Shown here one piece after another: positions 11,049-23,588 of a stretch of 64,000 bases of DNA (position 1 is its first letter; the number at the start of each line of letters is the position of its first letter). The stretch spans positions 62,001 through 126,000 of the forward strand of contig NW_019029012.1 in NCBI RefSeq assembly GCF_002105155.1, written 5' to 3'. The translations under genes and the position numbers were made by a program. This DNA comes from Lobosporangium transversale. Its lineage: Eukaryota. The notes under the pieces are model-generated. The model had not been told where the DNA came from, made no database searches, and saw only the letters and a list, made by a program, of their open reading frames with translations.

Positions 11049-12481
11049 TAAGGAGGTCATTCATTTAGGTGTGTGTGTAAGTTACCCAGCAGCCACATAG
11101 AGAACACGCCCAATCTCGATATAATATTATTTGTTACATGTACAAGTCGAAATTAGTCTAAATTTTCATGGGCAGAAGAATACCATTGCTCGAGCATATG
11201 AAAACTAAGATCCTTTCATTTACAAACTTGGAAAGGTGTGAAGGGAGAGTCGATCTCCTCAATAACTGCTTTCTCGAGCGCTTCGCGGGGCGAACGCGGA
11301 AACCCTCGCAGTCCTCACTGTCACCGTGATGGGTTTAAACTTCTTGAGCCACATTTGAGATGCCATATGCGCAAGGCACTTCCCGCCGTTTTTTTTTTTT
11401 ATTTTTTTTTTTTTTTAAAAAAAAACATTTTTTTAGATCAGTATGGAGGATGACTCGGCAACAAATCTCAGCAAAAAAGAAACCATGAAGGAAGTAGAGA
11501 ATAATAGAGATAAGCACTTGGTTGTCTTTAGTCTAGGTAGAAGAAGGAGAAAATTGGGAAATGCGCAGAGAGACATGGCTTGATAAATGGATTTTAATAG
11601 TTTTCTACTGATTGATTTTTATTGATATTGATTTTTGCTTGTTGATTTTTACTGCTGATTGGTCCTTGCTGATTTTTTTGTTTGCATCCTTGGCATGCAA
11701 ATCGAGAGGCCGGAACACCGACGTTGCTCTTACGCACCCATAACTGTGGCCTCATATGGGTCATAAGAATCCAATAGCCGGCTGTTTTCTCTCTTGTAGG
11801 AACTGGAGCTGGCCTGTTCATGAGTTGATGAAAGCTAAATGGGCAAATTTGCCCGTTCTACGTTCCAATTGATAGTCAATAAACACTGCTCTGTTTATGT
11901 TGCGTACCCTTCGAAGACTTGTGCTGATCGTAGTGCATATGCTTAATGGAACTTTATACTCTATAATTAAAAAGACACAACCAAAAAGAACGAGCAGCAT
12001 TTGTTCCGACTTCCCGAGGGATAGAGGAAACCACGAACACATAAATGCATACTATTCCATATTTTAAATGACACACATCTTTGTAATGTTGTTTATAGTC
12101 TATGCCAATATCTTGGGGTGTCGATGCCACCGATACCACGCCGCATCGATAATGTGTTGATGCCGCCAATACTACCCTCTGCTGTCGCAAAGTTACACAG
12201 CACAAAATAGGGCGTGTTTAACAGCTAATAGGCACAGATGCGTTCTCTATATGGCTACTGGGTATGTTCATAACTAGGAGGACAATACACTGCCAGCTAA
12301 CGTTACAAGGCCTCTCTCAAGTAGAAGTAGGAGCAAAGGAAGTGAAAAATGTAGCCAGCCTTTTCAGTTTATTATTTTATTTTATTTTTTTTTATTATTA
12401 TTATTTTTTTTTTTTTACATTTGTCTCTACGGTTTTAGTCTATGTTATCTTCACTTTTCAGCCTTTAGAGACCTGACATGG

Positions 12482-13617
12482 TCAATGATCGCCTGTGTTT
12501 TTGCTTTCTCTTTGGTCTTGAGATGGAGGAGGTGGTTGGGTTATGACTTTATATGGATCAACTGAGATAGGATGAGGACGTGCTTTGATGTTGATCCTGT
12601 CCAAGAACGCCAATACGCGATGCTCCATTCTGCGGATCTAATTTAATCCAAATATGGAAATATAGAATTATAAAAATGTGTCCTTTTTTCACTTTCCACC
12701 ATGCTCTTTCTGTCTCGCTTTCTCTCATACAAGGATTCTTTCTTCTCAACTTACTCGAATGGCCATGGGGTTATCACCTTCCTCTGTGACGACGTCTCTG
12801 GTGAGGATGGTGAACATGCCATAGTTATTACCAAAGACAACGTCGGTTAGGGCTCTGTCACCGACGATAGCGACCCGAGAGGGTTTGATGCCACTGAAAT
12901 GCCGCAAAAGTTCATCACCGCCTGAGGGTTTTTTCTGTTCATGACGCAGGACAGGGACTGAAAGAGATGTTTCGATAGCTTTAGCGAGTTGATGGTCCTG
13001 ATCATCCTTGGTTCCTGCAGAATTAGAGACGATAATGACTTGATCTTTATAAACATCTCTACATCTTTTCCATGCATCCTATTTTTTTTTTTTTTTTTTA
13101 TTTTGTGTAATGTAATGTAATGCATATCGGTAGGAAAAAAAAAAAAAAAAAAAAAGTTAATGAATTGTTTGTTATACAGGGATGCTTTTTTTTTTTTTTT
13201 TTTTTTGCTCTATGCTCCTTTCATATATGGTGACACTGATGCTCATCTAACCTTGAATGGTGGATGTAGATCATGGCCATAAGGTCGCGTCAAGCAATTG
13301 TCTTTATCGAATGCGATGGCAATAATGCCAGACCTATGAAGTTGTTCAAAATTGATATCACGGACATCTATTTTTTTTGCAATAGTATTTTATTATGAAT
13401 AATTAATAATTCATAATTCATAATCGTGTTACACTCCATTTTTCCTGAGTCGTGTTTAACTGAATGCTTTTTCTTTCTTTCTTTCTTTTTTTTTTTTTTT
13501 TTTATTTAAAAAAAAAAAAAAAGTACCTCGGACAATTAAGTGAGGTACCATGAGTCGAGGTGATGCCAAGACACGGAATGCTTGCAAGATTCCCTGGAGG
13601 TTGAAACTTTGTCCCAT
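12482..13617 (-). CDS. GEP4: Mitochondrial phosphatidylglycerophosphatase (HAD family), 4 exons; not in the supplied ORF track
   Basis: Exons 13617-13527, 13367-13252, 13078-12755 and 12637-12482 give MGQSFNLQGILQAFRVLASPRLMVPHLIVRDVRDI...IAFDKDNCLTRPY...IVSNSAGT..D...VLRHEQKKP...AIVGDRALTDVVFGN, with all GT-AG introns in phase. Confidence 0.92.
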
Positions 13618-14060
13618 TTATTTTTATATGAATTTAAAACTGAATGAGTGAATGGGTGAATGAGTGAATGAGCAATTATAATGGAAAGAGAGGAATTGCA
13701 AAAGCAAAAAGCGAAAAGCAGAGCAGGTGTTTTAAAGCTATGACCATATTGGCATTGACTTTTTTTTTTTTTTTTTTTTTTTTAAATTTGTGTGTAAATG
13801 TTATACATTCTCTATGACTAAACCCTGGTTGCACAAGAGAGAAAGAAGGATAGGGATAAGGACAATCTTTTGTTTGTTGGTCAATCGCTCGCTCATTGTT
13901 CCTGTCGATGATGTCGATAAAGTGAACAGAAGAGGAGGGAAGGGATTAAGCGTGGGAATAAGTTTTTAATCTCATCATCTTTCAAAAACGAGTAAAAATG
14001 GTTCTTTTGTCCTAGTTGTATACTTGCTCTATTACTGCTGCTGTCCTGGTCCAGCAGTTA

Positions 14061-14061
14061 T

Positions 14062-14136
<75 letters not shown>

Positions 14137-14140
14137 CGCT
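14061..14140. repeat. (GTTGCT)n microsatellite
   Basis: About 12 tandem hexamers are directly visible. Confidence 0.95.
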
Positions 14141-14375
14141 GTTTTCGAATGTTGGGGGATTTCGTTCTTTTATTCCGGGCCATATGCATGCGCAAATCAT
14201 GCAATCATGAAATCATCGTTTATTTACAATGAGGGAAAGCAGCAGAGCGGAAGAAGGACAGAGTATTTTCCCCTCTCAGAAGAGGATGCTTTTCACATTC
14301 TCCTCCGTTTTCTTCTTCACTCTCTCACTCTCCCTTCGTCTATTTTTTTTTTTTTTATTTTTTTTTATATAGCAT

Positions 14376-15035
14376 TCACAATGATACTCGCGTATAACCA
14401 GGTCCACTTAAGGCTGCATAGAGAGTAACGACCATGGCGCCATAGCTGAGTAAAGTCCTTCCGAAATGGATTGCATCCCATTGAATCAACATTTCTTCGA
14501 CTGAAGGTTCTTCCCGTGAATGTTTACGAATATCCAACAAGTGGGCATGAATCGGATGTAATAAAACGTTTGTGTAGAACAAGATCGAGCCCATCATGGC
14601 TGCACCTGCAAGATAGTAAGGGTTCCGGGTTTGATAGAATAAGATTGATCCGCCGATTACACTGGTCATTATAGAGGTGAATTGTATGGCTTTATGAAAA
14701 AAAAAAAAAAAAAAAATAAATAAATAAATAAATAAATAAAAAAAAAAACGATATGTTAGCTGAAAGATGATCATCGACAACAAGGATTGAGGAAAGAAAA
14801 GAAAGAGAAAAAGGAAAAGAAAAAGAAAAAAGTTACGTTTAGAAAGAATAAACATTTCTCCCCAGACTGAAAGCGACGAGTTCCAGGCGAAGCGACGGAG
14901 CGAAGGCATGATGACAGTGTTGAAATTCAATGCAGAACCTGCGTAGATGCCCATAGATGAGATAGTCACGATCTTTGTGATGAGGAGCACGTTGGAAGTG
15001 TTCGCAACCGCTCGAAATTGATGTACGACAGGCAT
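14376..15035 (-). CDS. Small multi-pass membrane protein, DUF1772/anthrone-oxygenase-like, 2 exons
   Basis: Exons are 15035-14837 and 14689-14376. Motifs are GIYAGSAL.FNTVIMPSL, YT..LLHPIHAHLL and EEMLIQWDAIHFGRTLLS. Confidence 0.75.
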   Translation of the reverse strand: MPVVHQFRAVANTSNVLLITKIVTISSMGIYAGSALNFNTVIMPSLRRFAWNSSLSVWGEMFILSKRNFFLFLFLFLFLFFPQSLLSMIIFQLTYRFFFYLFIYLFIFFFFFFHKAIQFTSIMTSVIGGSILFYQTRNPYYLAGAAMMGSILFYTNVLLHPIHAHLLDIRKHSREEPSVEEMLIQWDAIHFGRTLLSYGAMVVTLYAALSGPGYTRVSL

Positions 15036-15807
15036 CTTGAGGACGTTTGTATAAATGATGTATATATCCCTGTAGATTAATCCAACTGTCTGCGTTTCTG
15101 ATGACTGAGCTTTCCTTACGATCCTGAAATGTTGGTGAAGAAAGGGTGGGGATGAACGTTGGTAACCAAAGCGAAAGAATGAAAAGTAGAAAGAGAAAAG
15201 AGAAGTGAGGCGAGAATGTGGGTGAAAAAAAAAAAAAAAAAAAAAGATAATTCTGGACATTACCAAATGCGGACGATTCGCGCATTGTCCAAATGTGATG
15301 TCGCACACACACGTGCATGCACACACACGCTTTTTATTTTATTTTATTTTTTTTTTTTTAGCTGCTGCATGAACTAGGAAATAAAAAGAATAGAACGAGA
15401 AAGGGAGGGATATAAGAAAAAATGCCTCATTACCAACAATAGGATGGAAATAAAAAAAGCCTGAGGGGTTTTTATGAAGGCAGCGAAGGGTGAAGGGAGA
15501 GAGAAAGAGACTTGGCAGATAGATAAGATAGAGAGAGAGAGATGCTTTCTTCTTTTCTTTCTTTTTTTTCCATCATCCATTTCTTCAACTTCATATTCCA
15601 TCCTCTACTACATTTCTCTGTGCTGACATAAAACCTAAAGTCAGTTGCATATTGCGTCCATTTTACATTTCGTGCATCGTAAATAAAAAAAAAACTTTTG
15701 CCCTTTTTTTTTTTTTCTTCAATCCTTCCTCCACAGCCCGCCTTCGCTTTCGTTTTCGCTTCCTTTTTCATACCTTACGTTTGCAATAGCAACAACCATC
15801 AGCATCT

Positions 15808-17328
15808 ATGGCATCTGTAATAGTCTTTCCAAACGTGACTACACACCGCAAGTTGCCACATCTTTCCAGAGAATCTAAGGATCCCAAGGTAGAGACCAAG
15901 GACACAAAGATATCGCGGGAGAATCTACCTGTTCTCTTTGACCACAACATGGATCCATTGTCTGCACGCGACCATGCTCCACTTACGCCTCCGGGGCCTT
16001 CATCTTCATCTCCTGGCGAACGTAGTAAGGGCTTCGTACCTTCTGATGCATCATCACTATCGTTAAAAAGCCCCTCATCAGTAAGCCTATGCAATGACAT
16101 CAGCCATACCAATGGACAAAACCTTTTATCAAACACTGCTGCCTCTGAGAGCAAGAGTGCTTTGACCACCACTGGTCACAATCAGGGCAGTGGCGATGGT
16201 TTTACAATGGATGATAATTTTAGCAAAAGGGGATCAATAAAAATTTCAAAGCCTAACAGCGCATCAGCCAAGAATTCGGCGATGGCAACATCACCACTAT
16301 CAAGGCGAGCAATTAGGGCCGGACTATCTGATGTCAATCCTGCTACTGCTACACCAATGCCGCACCCTTCCATTCTTAATTCCAACTCTGCGGCTACAGC
16401 AGCAGCACCAGAGCGAGGACAGCGAGGGGTGCAGGGCCATGAGGACGCTGCTGTTGCTACTGTTGCTCAACAAATAAATCATGACAACAATGCTCACCAC
16501 CAACAACAACAACAACAACAACAACAACAACTCCATCCCTCGGACGGACCACATGGTCCGAACTCATCAGCTTTGTCGCTGCCATTGTCTGTCTCCACGA
16601 CCCCGCCTTTAGAGGTACTATCTTCGTCATTGTCGCCACCCGAGTCCAAAACAATGAGGATTGCGCTCTACGATGCATTTGGATGTCTGTATCATCCTAT
16701 TCAGCACACACACCATCACGCGTCATCATCCTTTTCTTCCTCATCCTCATTATCGTCCATGTCCTCGTCCACAGCAATGTCGTACGGAAGACTCTCGAAT
16801 GCTTCTTCCTCTTCTACTTCTTCGGGCGTGACTGTACCATCGGACGAGACGATACCTTTGATCGGGATCTCGCCTCGAAGTTCCCCTATGCTCCGACCCC
16901 ATTTGGGGCCCTCAGCACCCATTACACCCCTGGATCTCTATGCTGAGGGACATGTAGGAGAGGGAGGGTATTTTGGATCCAAGAACGGCTCAATGTCTTC
17001 GCCGCCGCCCAATGGGCTCAACCGATCAGGGTCTTCGAGACATCTCTATGTACATCACTCTCATAATCACCATCCCCATCACCATCCCTATTCTTACTCC
17101 CATCATTTACACCAGAGTATGGATTCAGCCAAGACTTTGAAAAGTAGAGGGTCCTCGTTGGATTACAATCTCAACCCAACGGAGCATCCGGTGCTGTGTT
17201 CGTTACAGATGCTCAGTTTGACACATCCCCATCCTCCAGAACATTACCACCCACATTTGGGACATGACCTTGGACATGATCGCGTTTCGATCACGTCCTC
17301 CAGCACATTGTTTGAAAAGCAAAGTTGA
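15808..17328 (+). CDS. Hypothetical 506-aa Ser/Gln/His-rich, probably disordered protein
   Basis: Long single-exon ORF in otherwise stop-rich DNA, with short ordered-looking motifs (RIALYDAFGCLYHP, LGPSAPITPLDL, EGGYFG). Confidence 0.7.
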   Translation: MASVIVFPNVTTHRKLPHLSRESKDPKVETKDTKISRENLPVLFDHNMDPLSARDHAPLTPPGPSSSSPGERSKGFVPSDASSLSLKSPSSVSLCNDISHTNGQNLLSNTAASESKSALTTTGHNQGSGDGFTMDDNFSKRGSIKISKPNSASAKNSAMATSPLSRRAIRAGLSDVNPATATPMPHPSILNSNSAATAAAPERGQRGVQGHEDAAVATVAQQINHDNNAHHQQQQQQQQQQLHPSDGPHGPNSSALSLPLSVSTTPPLEVLSSSLSPPESKTMRIALYDAFGCLYHPIQHTHHHASSSFSSSSSLSSMSSSTAMSYGRLSNASSSSTSSGVTVPSDETIPLIGISPRSSPMLRPHLGPSAPITPLDLYAEGHVGEGGYFGSKNGSMSSPPPNGLNRSGSSRHLYVHHSHNHHPHHHPYSYSHHLHQSMDSAKTLKSRGSSLDYNLNPTEHPVLCSLQMLSLTHPHPPEHYHPHLGHDLGHDRVSITSSSTLFEKQS

Positions 17329-17378
17329 TTCAGTAAATAGCACAGACTGGGCTGATGCGCACACACCTAGAGAAAAAA

Positions 17379-17409
<31 letters not shown>

Positions 17410-18330
17410 GAAAGAATAAAGAATAAAGAGCTGTAACATTGACACAGCCACCAACAGTAAAGAGAACAACAACAGCAACAGGTGGAAAAAGTAAAAAGAA
17501 GAAACAGTAGAGGACAGCAAGAGGAACAAAGCATTAGGTGATTCATAGAAAATAAAACGCGAAGTGATTTTGTCAACTGGTAGAGTTCATTTCCTGGTAA
17601 AAAAGCATTGTCGTGGAGAATGCAACAGGGTCTTTTCTAGTTGCCAAAACAAGGGAATTTTTACCCCACACACTCTCTTACCAAAAGAATGGTTATTTTG
17701 TCCACGTTTCATATTAATTGTGTTTGTACAGTCGAATACATAGACCCTTTTATTGTGTGTATATAAAAAAAAGAAAAGAAAAAAGAAAAAAGAAAAAAGA
17801 AAAAAGCGTGCTGCAACGACAGGACAGGGAGAAAAGATTAAAAGGCGGTATTTGGGGGAGCAAGGTAAGGCCCCATTAGAGAAAAGGATGTTTGTTTTTC
17901 AATATGCGCCATGCTTTGATGCATTTTACCTTTTGATGGGGTTATAAGGGAAGAAAGAGGGCTGGGATCCACGTGGACAAATATGAAAGTGAAAGTGAAA
18001 AGTGAGCAAGATGCATATGATCACAACATATAGAATATAAAGTAAAAAAAAAATTAGGCGGAAAATAAAGGAAGCAACAGAAGCAAGTATATCTCGTTTG
18101 AATTCCATCTTGGACACATGTCTAGTCTTTCTTTTTGAAAGCAATGGACCAGGAGCAATGATGATGATAGCTGTATAAGGAAAGAGAAGGGCGAAAAAGA
18201 AAGAGTCAAAGAGACCTGATGTTGGTTGTCATTGTGTGCTGTATAATGTAATTTAACATTGTGCTTATTTACTTTGCCCGCTTCACACTTATAACCCGCC
18301 TTACCCCGCTTTCAAGAAGTTTTCTGCACT

Positions 18331-18361
<31 letters not shown>

Positions 18362-19128
18362 AATGTTGTCCGTGGGAGAGAGAAGAGAATAGGAAAAAGA
18401 GCAGTTGAAGTGCCTTAGTCTGTGTGTATTCTTTATTTTTAGTTTACTAATGTTATTGTATTGTATTGTATTGTATTGTAATGGGTATTTACGCTTATGT
18501 TTGTTTGATCGGATTATATATATATATATTATATATATAATAAATATAAAATAGATATATCTATACAATGATCAAAGTGAGCATCGTTGCATTCCAATGG
18601 TCATGACATTGTTATGGAGTGTAAACAGGTCTTTTTTTATAAAGATCTTATTCATTCGATGGATGAAGAGCAGGGAGAACAAGGAGAAGAAGAAAAGGAG
18701 AAGAGGAAGAAAAGAAAAAAGAAATAAAAAAAGGTTAAAGAAGAAGAGAAGGGCGGAGTCATAACAGAACGGACAAGTCCATTGCATGGCCAACAACGAT
18801 AAGTCATTCGGAGATGACTTTTTTTTTTTTTTTTTTTTTTTTTTCACAAATCATGTCATCGAATGTCTATTTCGATGTACAAATGTATAATGTAAAATCC
18901 TCATTCGGACCTGATCTCCCCTTTTCCTCTCTCTTTCCCCCTTCCGCAATAACGGTTCTCTTTTCTTTCTTTCTTTCCTTTCTACCTTCTTTGTTTCCTT
19001 TCTTCTTCTTCCTTACTCTTTGATCCTTTATCTCTCTTCACTCTTCACTCCCCACTCTCCCACTCTCCACTCTCCCACTCTCTTATTCAATTCTTTCACA
19101 GGACTCGATTCTCTCTTACTCTTTATCA

Positions 19129-19161
<33 letters not shown>

Positions 19162-19210
19162 CTAATCCTTCACATCTCTTGTTGCTTCATCCTGTTCGCT
19201 TTCAATCATA

Positions 19211-22200
19211 ATGCCCTCCCTTACAGACCCTGATCCCGGCCCTAGTCCTGGACACATTACCGAGGCTGACAAGGATCGTACCTCTATCAAACTCATGGAC
19301 TTGCCAATGCAACCAAACAAGAACAAGAATAACAACAACAAGGACACGGACTCTGACTCTGACTCGGACACGAACACGAACACGAACACGGACACGGACA
19401 ATGTTACAGGAACCACTTCTACTTTTACTACAACCTCTGCCACTAAAAATGCTACATCTAAATCATTACCACCAACATCATTAAAATCACAATCACAATC
19501 ACAATCACAATCACAATTAAAATCTAATCCTGAATCAACCGATTTAAGCATTAGTAGCAGTCGTAGTAAAACTAGGAGTCGTAGTAACAGCACCAGCAAT
19601 AACACCACCACCACCACCAACAACAACAACAATAGTAATAATAATAAAAGTATTGAATCTGATTCCGACCCTACATTCTTGCCTGCCGACAATGACTGCA
19701 GCAACAACAACAAGCCTTCTTCTAAAGAAGAAGAAGACCTTGTCAAGCCTCAGTACAGAGTAGGGAATCCACCTCATTACGAAACCCGAGAAGAACGACA
19801 GATCCGGATCCGGAAACAATTCAGTCAACTCGATTCAAAACGATCTGGATTCTTGGACGCCAACTCTTTGGTCACCTTCTTTGAGGACATAACGCCGGAC
19901 AAGAATGTACAGCGACGGTATGCGGACGAACTATTACAGCTATGTCATTCCAGAAGTCTACGTAGGAAAAACAACAGCAGCAATAGCAATAATGATAGTG
20001 AGGATGAAGAAAAGGAGGGAGAAGAAGAGTCCCTAGATGGCTCTTTTGACTCTACAGGCTCAAGCAATGGTAATGGTCGTGGTAATGGCAATGGTACAGG
20101 TACAGGAGATCACAACAGTCAAGATCAGGATGGATCCTATCCATATGACAACGACAATCTGATTGATAACAACCATAGCCATCCTACTAATAAGACATTC
20201 GGAGGACATGGAGGACAAGTACGCTATGTTGACTTTGAAGTCTTTGTCGAGGAAAAGGAAGAGAGGCTATGGAACCTTTTCAGAGAGATTGACCATAACA
20301 ATGATAATGGTAAATCAAAAGAAAAGGAAAAAAAAAAAAAAAAAAAAAAATTATTATAAAAGGCTATTCAATGGGCTAGTTTACATGCTAACAAAGGTTT
20401 TATTTCTTTTCTTTTTTTTACTTTAACAGAAATCCAGGCAGATGAGTTGCAGGCATCATTGGCAAAGGCTGGGATCAACATGACAGATGCTGAACTACGG
20501 TTGTTCATCAAAGCCATGGACAAGGATGGTGACGGTGCGATTGATTTTGAGGAATGGCGTGATTTCTTGGTGGTAAGAGATTTTTTTATTTTTTATTTTA
20601 TTTTTTTATTACATCTAAAAAAACGCCTTTCTTCACAGAGAACAGGTATCTTTGGAAGGAATAGGGATAATCATGGTGGATATAGACAAAAGCCGATCAA
20701 ATGATGGCGATATTTGATATTTAAGGGACAATTAGTTACATCTATTGATAGCACTGCAATAGGAGGGAAAAGAGAGCGCTAGTGAGACAAAAAAAAAAAA
20801 AAAAAAAAAACCAGGGCGCAGCACAAGACAAAAAAGACAAATTAGTATTTCATAATCCAAAACCGTTTTCGTTTCTTATCTAATTCTGATTATTTCATTG
20901 TTATTATTATTTTAAACACATTTAGCTACTTCCTCGTGAACCAACCCTCAAAGAAATCTACAACTATGTTCAGGAAGTGGTGGCCCAGGTTGGCGTAGAC
21001 GGAGATGTTGTCATGCCACCCTCCGAGAATGATTACGTTGCCAGATACTTGTTGGCTGGCGCCATCGCTGGTGCAGTCTCGAGAACAGGTAAAATCAATT
21101 AAATAAAAAAAAAAAAACAGATGATGGTGAATGCAGATACAAAGAGATTTATATTTTTCTGGGTATTAAAAAAAAAAAAAAAGCACTTTTCACTTTGATA
21201 CCATTCGTCCATCAGCCACTGCACCACTGGATCGACTCAAAGTATATCTCATCACCAACTCAGTCCCGGCATTAACAGGTCCGGCTGCACAGGCTGGCCT
21301 TAAACACATTTCAAAGTTCACCTCACCCAAACCCATGACTGTCGCTCCTGTCAAACAAAGGCTCTTATGGAATGCAATCATAGATCTGTATCATCAGGGA
21401 GGTATCAGGACATTTTTCAAAGGCAATGGACTCAATATTATAAAGATTGTACCAGAATCTGCCATCAAGTTCTATACATATGAAACTAGCAAGAGCTTTA
21501 TTGTGAACCATATTCCTGCCATGACAGTCCATTCACATCACGACCCAAACAGCTCCGGGACAAGAACACATACAGCTCCACACCGACCCGAGATTGCAAC
21601 CTCGGGACGTTTCTTGGCAGGTGGTGTAGCCGGAGTGGTATCTCAATTCTCCATTTATCCATTGGAGACGATCAAAACCAGAATCATGTCGTCTACAGTC
21701 AGGACTAGCGGTAGTGGCCCAGCTTCTTCATCTTCATCTTCATCTTCATCTTCATCAACAGCATCAGCCACATCGACATTTGTAAAGAAAAAGGGGATAT
21801 TATCATCATCATCGCCATCACCGTCATTTGCGACTGCATCTGGGTCTATATCGTCTTTGTCTACAGCAACGGCATCAGCTATGGCACCTAGGAAACCTAG
21901 TATACGATCTGTAGCCGTTGAGATGTGGCAGAGAGCAGGCCTTCGTGGATTCTACCGCGGTTTAGGACCGTCTCTTGTAGGGATCTTCCCATATGCAGCG
22001 ATTGATCTTTCAGTATTTGAGACACTCAAGTTTGGATACATGCGATGGAAGGCAGGAGTACATGAAGGTGACGAAGGTAGTGATGAGAAATCATTAGAGA
22101 GACCTAGTGTCTTTGTCTTGTTGGCCTGCGGAACCATTAGTGGTAGTGTTGGTGCTACATGTGTATACCCACTCAGTCTTGCTCGAACGAGGTAAAAGCA

Positions 22201-22640
22201 TTTTTGATTGTCTAAGGCGTTTGTAGCGCACACATTTTTTCTTTTTTCCATTTTCTGCTAAACTCCTCTGATATGCACAAATCATTCCTCTCACACATTT
22301 GATCTCCACTCTTTCTTCGGATGTAGGTTACAAGCCCAAGGAACGCCTCAACATCCACAAACGTACACTTCAACATTGGATGTCTTCAGAAAGACTTATG
22401 AAAAGGATGGTATTCGAGGGTTCTACAAGGGCATGGTCCCGACTTTGACAAAGGTAAAGGCATTATCCATGATGTGTGATTTTCATTCAAATTAGACATC
22501 AAAGCTTTTTGACATGATACTAACAGCAGTTTATTTTCCTTCTTCTTCTCTTACTTCTTTGATGTCCTGTATAGGTTGTCCCTGCTGTTAGTATCTCGTA
22601 TGTTGTTTACGAATACAGTAAACGCGAACTTGGCCTCTAA
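19211..22640 (+). CDS. SAL1: Ca2+-binding mitochondrial ATP-Mg/Pi carrier (SAL1/SCaMC family), 6 exons
   Basis: Exons are 19211-20309, 20430-20572, 20926-21088, 21216-22191, 22327-22453 and 22575-22640. It has EF-hands (DKDGDGAIDFEEW) and carrier motifs AGAVSRTATAPLDRLKV, FFKGNGLNIIKIVPESAIKFYTYE, YPLETIKTR and YPLSLARTRLQAQGT. Confidence 0.92.
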
Positions 22641-22689
22641 AAATTTTATCAATCTCTCTCTTTGAACAAGAAGAGGGCTTTGAGATTCC

Positions 22690-22720
<31 letters not shown>

Positions 22721-22935
22721 GGCACGAACAACATTCAGCATTCTCAAGAAAAAGAAAGAAAAAAAAAAAAGAAAAAGAAAAAGAAAAAAGAAACAATCTC
22801 TAGACTATTTTTTATCATTCGCCATAGATGGGGCCAAAAAAAAAAAAAAAAAAAAAAAAAAAGAAATGCATCTTCCACTCGCCCATTCCATTATTTATTT
22901 TTATCTTTTAGTTTTTGTTGCATGCTGCCTCGATC

Positions 22936-22982
<47 letters not shown>

Positions 22983-23136
22983 TTCTCTCCCTCTCTCTAT
23001 CTTTTTTTTTTTTTTTTATTGTCTAAACTATTAGATCTGAGGCGGCAATAGTTTCTAGATAAAAAAAATAAAATTAAAAATAAAGAACGTAGACTACACA
23101 AACTACATAGCACATCTCTCTTTCTCTCTTTCTCTC

Positions 23137-23168
<32 letters not shown>

Positions 23169-23588
23169 AATCACAGGTAAAGAATGATTGTCCCCAAATA
23201 ATTCTGCTCTAATACGAAATTTAAAGCATCCTTATCGAGAGAGCAGGATGCCGTTGGACATATGAAAGTCTAAGCTTCTCCACGAGCTTCATCAGTCTAA
23301 AAAATGGACTTTGAGATGTCTAATGGGGCCTCAAATACTCTATTCAATATCATAACGCATGGCATGTCATGATGATTTCGGATATCGAAATCATGAAGTC
23401 TGCAAGGTGTAGGAACGGCATTGAATCTCTGTGCTGTCTTTGGAAAGGGATCCATGAAGTCAGTCATTTATTTAATTCACATTACTAGGGTATTTTTACT
23501 TAGTTTCTTCAGCCTTATTTCCGTTAAACAATGTTGAGCACTCCCGACAGCATCAAGGCTGCTTGATTATCCACCAAGACGTCTCTCA

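Noticed and set aside
11150..11400. GC-richer stretch ending in poly-T, with ggaaaggtgtga resembling RNase P CR-I; also a minus-strand REALEKAVIEEIDSP peptide resembling a Tc1 transposase tail
   Set aside because: No complementary CR-V was found and the peptide match is too short. An Infernal/Rfam search and BLASTX would be needed.
14012..14428. Poly-Leu, poly-VA and poly-SN ORFs
   Set aside because: These are translations of the (GTTGCT)n microsatellite.
17367..19211. Numerous poly-K and poly-F ORFs here and throughout the window
   Set aside because: They are produced by poly-A/T tracts in UTRs, introns and intergenic DNA.
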